NCBI GenBank assembly: GCA_963770835.1
Contig: CAVYRH010000008.1
Coordinates: 1-64,000, forward strand
Direction: 5' to 3'
Length of the DNA: 64,000 bases
DNA from: an uncultured Pseudomonadota bacterium
Lineage (GTDB): Bacteria > Oederibacteriota > Muellerivitia > Muellerivitales > Muellerivitaceae
Positions within the stretch are counted from its first letter, which is position 1. Each line of letters opens with the position of its first letter. Shown here in pieces: positions 58,391 to 64,000 of this stretch. A program made the position numbers and the translations under genes. The notes beneath the pieces were generated by a model. It was not told the DNA's origin and made no database searches. It saw only the letters and a list, made by a program, of their open reading frames with translations.

Positions 58391-61006
58391 ATGAAAATTC
58401 AATTTTTAGCCGTTTGCGCTCTACCCCTTCTTTTTATTTCCACCCCGGCCATCCCTAAACCCGTCACCGGCATGGATGAACTGGGCGAAGGGGAAAAATT
58501 AAGGGAATATTTCTGGGTTGCCGCCAACACGGGTACGTCCTATGACGCGGCCAAGACCTATACCGAGAAGGCCCAGAAGGCATTCCAGATCACCCGCAGC
58601 CACGACGTGGCCCTGCCTAACGGTTGGAAAATCGCCCCGGCGGGCCAGAGCCTTGACCTGGGCACCATGCCGGGCGAGGCCGTGTTTTTCGCGGGCAGGT
58701 TGGTGGTGCTCAACAACGGCTTTTACCCGCCCAAGCAGGATTCGCAGGTCTCGATCGTCAATTTTCGCAAGCAAACCGTCGAGAAGAACATTCCCTTCCA
58801 CTCCCTTTTTCCCTGCGTCAGGGTGGGGCCCGACGGCGACCTCTATATCAGCGGCGGCTATGACTTCAAGGTTTACAGGTTGAACAGTCAATTCGCCCCC
58901 TCAAAGGACCACCCCGAATATCCGGTAAACGGCTATGCCGGGGGCATGGCTTTTGTGGGCAAGAACCTCCTAGCCCTGACGTATTTGATGGTGAACGATC
59001 ACGGGACCGGCCAATGGAAGAAAGGGAAAATTGCCTTACTGAACACGCAGACTGGCGAGATTTCGGACGAGAAGCCCACCGGTCATTTCCCCTATGCACT
59101 AGCCTGGGTGGGAGGGAAACTTTATGCCAGTATTGAGGGGGAAAATCGGGTTCAGGCATACACCATTGAGGACGGAAAGTTGAAGGAGGGTACGTCCATC
59201 CCCGTTGGCAAAAACCCCACGAACCTGACGCTGGATGGAACCACCCTCTACGTGGCCGACACTAGTTCGGATGATATCTCCGTCATCGACACCCAAAAAG
59301 ACCAGGTGGTTTCCACCCTTAATTTGAAACAGGCGGATTTCAAGTACGGCGCGGCCCCCACGGGGGTGGCGGTGGAGAAAGACAGGATTTACGTCAGCCT
59401 GGCCGGATGGAACGCGGTGGCCGTCCTGGACAAGGCCCAGGGAACCCTCCAGGGGCTTATCCCGACCGGCTGGTATCCAACCCGGGTTTATTCGGGGAAG
59501 AAAGACCTTTATATCCTCAGCGCCAAAGGCATCATGGAGCGCCGGGCCACCTCGATGGATAAAGCCGTTCCTGGCTTAAGCAAGGCAGACCCCGCTTATA
59601 TCCTGAACCTTTTAACGGGAACTCTTTCCATTGTGCCCAAAACCGACATCGACACCCATCTGGAAGATTGGACGAAGCTGGTCAAATCGGGCTCACCCCT
59701 TGAAAGCCCCGCGGAAGGGTTCAAACTACCCATCAAGCATGTCTTTTATATCATCCGGGAAAACCGGACCTACGACCAGATCCTGGGCGACCTGAGACCC
59801 GGCAACGGCGACGATCACCTCTGCCTTTATCCCGAGGCCAAGAGCCCCAACGCCCATGCCCTTTCCCGGGAATTCGTGACCCTGGACAATTTCTACGCCG
59901 ACGGCGAGATCAGCGCCTTGGGCCATTCCTTCACCACCAGCGGCTACGCCAGTCCCTTCCTGGAGTGGATCGCCAATATCGGCTATGCCGGCCGGTTCGA
60001 TTGGAAGGACCCGGACGACGCCAAGGAACCAGTTAAGTACCTCTACCCCTACGGCACCTGCCCCGCGGTTTATTCCCCCCAATACCTGTGGGACGCCCTG
60101 GATGCTAAGGGGCTGGAATACAAGATTTACGGTGAGCCTTATTACCTCTACACGAAGCCCTACCGCATCCTCCTCCAGGCTTTCGGCCCGGATAGCGACC
60201 TGGTGAAAAAGTACTACGACCACACCCTTAAATTCGTAAATTACAAGGACCGGGGCCTGGGTTTCACCCAAAGGTTCTCTTCCCTTTATAAGCGGGCCCT
60301 TACCAAAGCCGATGCCCTGAACCTGCTGGGGGATTCCCAATTCATTTCCATCTTTTCCAATTATTATATGGAGGACGAAAGCCTGGCCGATGCCATTAAT
60401 AAAGACCCCAACCTGAAGGCCCAATTCGCCGACTTCCTCTATAAATACTCCTTTAATTACGCCGCCTGGAACCTGGAGGTCTCCGACCTGGAAAGGGTGA
60501 AGGTTTGGCAGGAAGACTTCAAACATCAGAGGGAGAGCCACCAGGTGCCGGCCCTGGAATATTTCTGGCTTCCCAACGACCATATGGGCTGGCCGCCGCC
60601 CCCCACGCCTGACCAGTACATCGCCCAGAACGACGCCGCCCTGGGGGAAATAGTTGAAACCATTTCCAAAAGCGACATTTGGAAGGACAGCCTGGTATTG
60701 GTGGAGGAGGACGACGCCCAGGACGGCCTGGACCATGTGGACTCCACCCGTACTGTGGCCCTGGCCGCCGGACCCTATGTGAAGCGGGGCGAAGTGGTCA
60801 GTGCCCAATATGACCAGCTCAGCATGATGCGGACCATCGAGCTCATCCTGGGTTTGGAACCCTTGTACAGTGGAGACGCCCTGGCCGTGCCCATGATGGG
60901 CATCTTCACCGAAACCCCGGATTACAAGCCCTACCAGGCGCCTGCCCCGGCGCCTGGTATGCTCGATTCGGACATTAAGTTGTATCAACAGGTGCATCAA
61001 AACTAA
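58391..61006 (+). CDS. Secreted YVTN/YncE beta-propeller + phosphoesterase (alkaline phosphatase superfamily) protein
   Basis: Signal peptide, LPNGWKIAPAG, IPTGWYP, IKHVFYIIRENRTYDQILGD, WLPNDH, EDDAQDGLDHVD. Confidence 0.88.
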   Translation: MKIQFLAVCALPLLFISTPAIPKPVTGMDELGEGEKLREYFWVAANTGTSYDAAKTYTEKAQKAFQITRSHDVALPNGWKIAPAGQSLDLGTMPGEAVFFAGRLVVLNNGFYPPKQDSQVSIVNFRKQTVEKNIPFHSLFPCVRVGPDGDLYISGGYDFKVYRLNSQFAPSKDHPEYPVNGYAGGMAFVGKNLLALTYLMVNDHGTGQWKKGKIALLNTQTGEISDEKPTGHFPYALAWVGGKLYASIEGENRVQAYTIEDGKLKEGTSIPVGKNPTNLTLDGTTLYVADTSSDDISVIDTQKDQVVSTLNLKQADFKYGAAPTGVAVEKDRIYVSLAGWNAVAVLDKAQGTLQGLIPTGWYPTRVYSGKKDLYILSAKGIMERRATSMDKAVPGLSKADPAYILNLLTGTLSIVPKTDIDTHLEDWTKLVKSGSPLESPAEGFKLPIKHVFYIIRENRTYDQILGDLRPGNGDDHLCLYPEAKSPNAHALSREFVTLDNFYADGEISALGHSFTTSGYASPFLEWIANIGYAGRFDWKDPDDAKEPVKYLYPYGTCPAVYSPQYLWDALDAKGLEYKIYGEPYYLYTKPYRILLQAFGPDSDLVKKYYDHTLKFVNYKDRGLGFTQRFSSLYKRALTKADALNLLGDSQFISIFSNYYMEDESLADAINKDPNLKAQFADFLYKYSFNYAAWNLEVSDLERVKVWQEDFKHQRESHQVPALEYFWLPNDHMGWPPPPTPDQYIAQNDAALGEIVETISKSDIWKDSLVLVEEDDAQDGLDHVDSTRTVALAAGPYVKRGEVVSAQYDQLSMMRTIELILGLEPLYSGDALAVPMMGIFTETPDYKPYQAPAPAPGMLDSDIKLYQQVHQN

Positions 61007-61026
61007 AAGATTCAAACAAAATCTAA

Positions 61027-61141
61027 TTGAACCACCAAGGTCACCAAGCTCACCAAGAAAGACAAAAGAAGAAACTTAATTAACCGTAAAAAATTCTGCC
61101 TTTCGCAGTTCTTGGTGTACTTGGTGACCTTGGTGGTTCAA
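61027..61141. repeat. Periodic palindromic element with 33-bp arms
   Basis: TTGAACCACCAAGGTCACCAAGCTCACCAAGAA (61027-61059) and its inverse (61109-61141) with two mismatches; CACCAAG units every 9 bp. Confidence 0.85.
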
Positions 61142-61180
61142 AAGTCTTTCAATTTTTGCCGTTGATCGAAAGGACCGGAT

Positions 61181-63781
61181 ATGCGCCGCATTTGGACCCT
61201 TGGGGTCGCCTTAGTCTTGTTTCATTTCATTCCACTACCCCTGGCGGCCGAAGTGGATTTGGATAATCCTGCCCAGGAAACCAAGCTCAACAAGGAAATC
61301 TGGCATTTCGCCAAGGGCACTTCCTATTCAGCTATGAAGCTTTACGTGAAGCAGGCCCAGGCCAAGTCCCAAAAAGGGCGGACGGCCGAGGTCACCCTGC
61401 CCACCGGTTGGAAGATCGCCCCCGCCGGGGCCCAGTTGGAATTGGGCCGGATGCCCTGCGAGGCCCTTCCCTTTGCCGGGCGTCTGGCGGTCTTAAACAA
61501 CGGCTATTACCGCAAAGAGGACGCGGTGGTTTCCTTCGTCAATCTCCAAACCAATAGCGTGGAAGAGGTATTAACCTTCCACTCCCTTTTCCCCAGTGCC
61601 ACCGTGGGATTGGAAAACGACCTTTACATCAGCGGGGGTTTTGACGGCAGGGTTCACCAGGTCAATTCGGATTTAAAACGGGCGAAGACCTTTACCCTTC
61701 CCGGCTACATCGGGGGCTTGGCGGCGGTCGATGACCATCACTTGGCCGCGGTCCTTTTGCTGACCGACGAGGGAAAGGGCAATTACGAGAAGGGCAGCCT
61801 CTGTCTCTTGAATACCCAGACCGGACAGGTCGAACAAAAGTTGGAAGCAGGCCAGTTTCCCTACGCCGTGCAGTTAGTCGATGGGAAGCTTTACGTCTCC
61901 TTGGAAGGGGAAAATGAAGTCCTAGTTTACGAATCAAAGGACGGGCAATGGCAAAAGACCAAGGCCTTGGAGGTGGGCAAAAGCCCCACTAACCTTTGCG
62001 TCGATGGGGACCGGCTTTACGTGGTCAATACAGGGTCGGACGACCTTTCGGTCATCGATTGCTCCTCGGATGAGGTTACAGGAAAGGTGGACTTAGCCCA
62101 GCACCATTTCCGCTTTGGAGCAGCCCCCACTTCCTGCGCGGCGGATAAAACCCATCTTTACGTTACCCTCTCTTACCTCAACGCCGTGGCGGTCCTGGAC
62201 AAGGCCAAGGGAAGGATCCAGGGCTATATCCCGACCGGCTGGTATCCCACCAAGGTGGCCCTGGATGATTCCAACCTCTACATCCTGAGCGCGAAGGGCA
62301 TCCATCCCCGCCGGCCCAATCCCCAATTGGCCGGGCCTACCAAACCCCCGGGCGAAACCGACTATGTCCTGACCCTTTTGCATGGTTCCCTCTCGACCAT
62401 TCCCTCAATCCAGGTGCCAGCCCACCTTCCGGCTTGGACCCATCAGGTCAAACAGGGCTCACCCCTCCTGAACCCCGGAAAGGGCTTCGACCTTCCCATC
62501 AAACACATCTTTTATGTCATCCGCGAGAACCGTACCTATGACCAGGTGCTGGGGGACCTGCCCAAAGGCAACGGTGACCCCAAGCTGACGGTCTTCGGCC
62601 GGGACGTAACCCCCAACCTGCACAAGATGGCCGAGTCCTTCGTGACCCTGGACAACTTCTACGTGGACGGGGAAATCAGCGTGCTGGGCCACAGCTTCAC
62701 CAGCAGCGGCTACGCCAGCCCCTTCCTGGAATGGCTGGGCAACGTGGGATATGCCGACCGCCTGGGTCCCATGGATCCCAAGGACCACCAGAAGCACAAA
62801 AACTTCTACCCCTATAACAGCATGCCCGGTGCCTTTTCCCCCCTTTATTTGTGGGATGGGATGGACGACAAGGGCGTGGATTACCGTATTTACGGCGAGG
62901 ACTATTATCTTTACACCAAGCCCTTCCGGATCCTGCTGGATGCCTTCGGCCCGGAGAGTGCCCTGGTCCAGAAATTTTACGACACCACCCTGGCCATTGC
63001 CGGTGCGGACAAACGACCGAACGATTTCGTGCTGACCTTCCAGTCCTATTGGCCCCAGGTGAAAACCCTGGAAGGGGCGGAAAAAACCCTGGCGGAGGAT
63101 TCAAAATTCACTTCCATGTTGTCGCAGTATTACGTGGGGGATGACAGCCTGGCCCAGGAGTTGGCCAAGAGCGAACCCTTGCGGGCCAAATTCGCCGACT
63201 TTCTGTTCCGTTATCCCTTTCCCTATATGGGATGGGACTTGAAAGTGACGGATATGGTCCGGGCTAAGGCCTGGAAGGATGATTTTGACGAACAGGTAAA
63301 AACAGGAAAGGTGGCCCAATTGCATTACATCTGGCTTCCCAACGACCATACGTCGGGCATGGACCCCAAGTCACCCAACCCCTTCCAGTACGTTTCCGAG
63401 AACGACGCGGCCTTCGGTTTCATTGCCGAAACCATCGCTAAAAGCCCGGTCTGGAAGGACAGCCTGATTGTCAGCGTGGAGGATGACTGCCAGAACGGCC
63501 CGGACCACGTGGACGCAGACCGAACCACCACCTTCGCCCTGGGGCCCTACGTGAAAAGGGGCGTGGTGGTCAGCGATCAATACGACCAGGAAAGCCTCTT
63601 AAAGACTATGGAAATGCTCTTGGGGCTGGACCCGCTCAACCTGAACGACGGCTTGGCCGTTCCCATGTTCTCCATCTTCACCGACCAGCCTGATTTCACG
63701 CCCTATACCGCACCCGAACCCTCCAAACAGCTGATGGACTCGGACCTGAAGCTTTACCGGGACCTATCGAAGAATCGATAA
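61181..63781 (+). CDS. Second beta-propeller + phosphoesterase paralog
   Basis: Same motifs (IRENRTYDQVLGD, SGYASPFLEW, WLPNDH, QNGPDHVD); AAGGA RBS. Confidence 0.9.
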   Translation: MRRIWTLGVALVLFHFIPLPLAAEVDLDNPAQETKLNKEIWHFAKGTSYSAMKLYVKQAQAKSQKGRTAEVTLPTGWKIAPAGAQLELGRMPCEALPFAGRLAVLNNGYYRKEDAVVSFVNLQTNSVEEVLTFHSLFPSATVGLENDLYISGGFDGRVHQVNSDLKRAKTFTLPGYIGGLAAVDDHHLAAVLLLTDEGKGNYEKGSLCLLNTQTGQVEQKLEAGQFPYAVQLVDGKLYVSLEGENEVLVYESKDGQWQKTKALEVGKSPTNLCVDGDRLYVVNTGSDDLSVIDCSSDEVTGKVDLAQHHFRFGAAPTSCAADKTHLYVTLSYLNAVAVLDKAKGRIQGYIPTGWYPTKVALDDSNLYILSAKGIHPRRPNPQLAGPTKPPGETDYVLTLLHGSLSTIPSIQVPAHLPAWTHQVKQGSPLLNPGKGFDLPIKHIFYVIRENRTYDQVLGDLPKGNGDPKLTVFGRDVTPNLHKMAESFVTLDNFYVDGEISVLGHSFTSSGYASPFLEWLGNVGYADRLGPMDPKDHQKHKNFYPYNSMPGAFSPLYLWDGMDDKGVDYRIYGEDYYLYTKPFRILLDAFGPESALVQKFYDTTLAIAGADKRPNDFVLTFQSYWPQVKTLEGAEKTLAEDSKFTSMLSQYYVGDDSLAQELAKSEPLRAKFADFLFRYPFPYMGWDLKVTDMVRAKAWKDDFDEQVKTGKVAQLHYIWLPNDHTSGMDPKSPNPFQYVSENDAAFGFIAETIAKSPVWKDSLIVSVEDDCQNGPDHVDADRTTTFALGPYVKRGVVVSDQYDQESLLKTMEMLLGLDPLNLNDGLAVPMFSIFTDQPDFTPYTAPEPSKQLMDSDLKLYRDLSKNR

Positions 63782-63818
63782 AGCCATGCCCATCAGGTAA
63801 ATTTTCCCTTCCCGATTC

Positions 63819-64000
63819 TCAGCGGTAGCACTGCATATAGGATTTGGGATCCATGTTCAGTTGGGCGCAGCTGAAGAACTTCCAGTTATCCATGGTGGCC
63901 GGCGGGTTGTCCGTGGAGGACACGCAAACGTACTGGATGTATTGGGCCCGCACCTTGGGATCGTTCTCGATGGATTCGGCCAGGAGAGTCAGGTTTTTCG
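63819..64000 (-). CDS. C-terminal fragment of an unidentified protein
   Basis: Open frame KNLTLLAESIENDPKVRAQYIQYVC...MQCYR* with GC-rich third positions; TGA at 63819. Confidence 0.6.
   Translation of the reverse strand, partial: KNLTLLAESIENDPKVRAQYIQYVCVSSTDNPPATMDNWKFFSCAQLNMDPKSYMQCYR

Noticed and set aside
59726..61015. 429-aa minus-strand ORF
   Set aside because: Antisense shadow of the phosphoesterase gene

Overview
Bacterial chromosome segment of moderately high GC, with most genes on the minus strand. No rRNA, tRNA or CRISPR array was seen. 1-11.2 kb is accessory-looking: two very large secreted proteins with Thr/Pro-rich stalks (one is expansin + CBM-like domains + a YPNP sorting-type C-terminus), a TnpA-only IS200 and an MBL-fold/tandem cNMP-binding protein. 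11-24 kb holds a peroxiredoxin-like gene, rmuC, a TPR-PBP, two apparently identical IS5 copies inserted at TTAA around an M24 peptidase, and rimO-pgsA-pgpA-cinA-thpR. 24-30 kb is a translationally coupled fabG-like/fabF-like/GNAT/bioF/bioD/GNAT/bioA operon with no bioC, bioH or bioW, a candidate alternative pimeloyl route. 30-42 kb holds an acidic protein, a membrane protein with two degenerate Mrr-like domains, mazG, a metallophosphatase, an MFS transporter, an AsmA-family gene, recA (two +1 indels, with a palindromic operator at its promoter), a bshB1-like deacetylase (one +1 indel) and a cold-shock gene. 42-57 kb has pbpC and an alpha-2-macroglobulin with an unusual polytopic membrane N-terminus, six genes between them, and a divergent SpoIID-domain gene. 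57-64 kb has a GT4 and two tandem beta-propeller/phosphoesterase paralogs. Several intergenic palindromic elements with 9-10 bp periodicity and a REP-like doublet are present. All calls come from reading motifs by eye; no searches were run. The indels are probably consensus errors.
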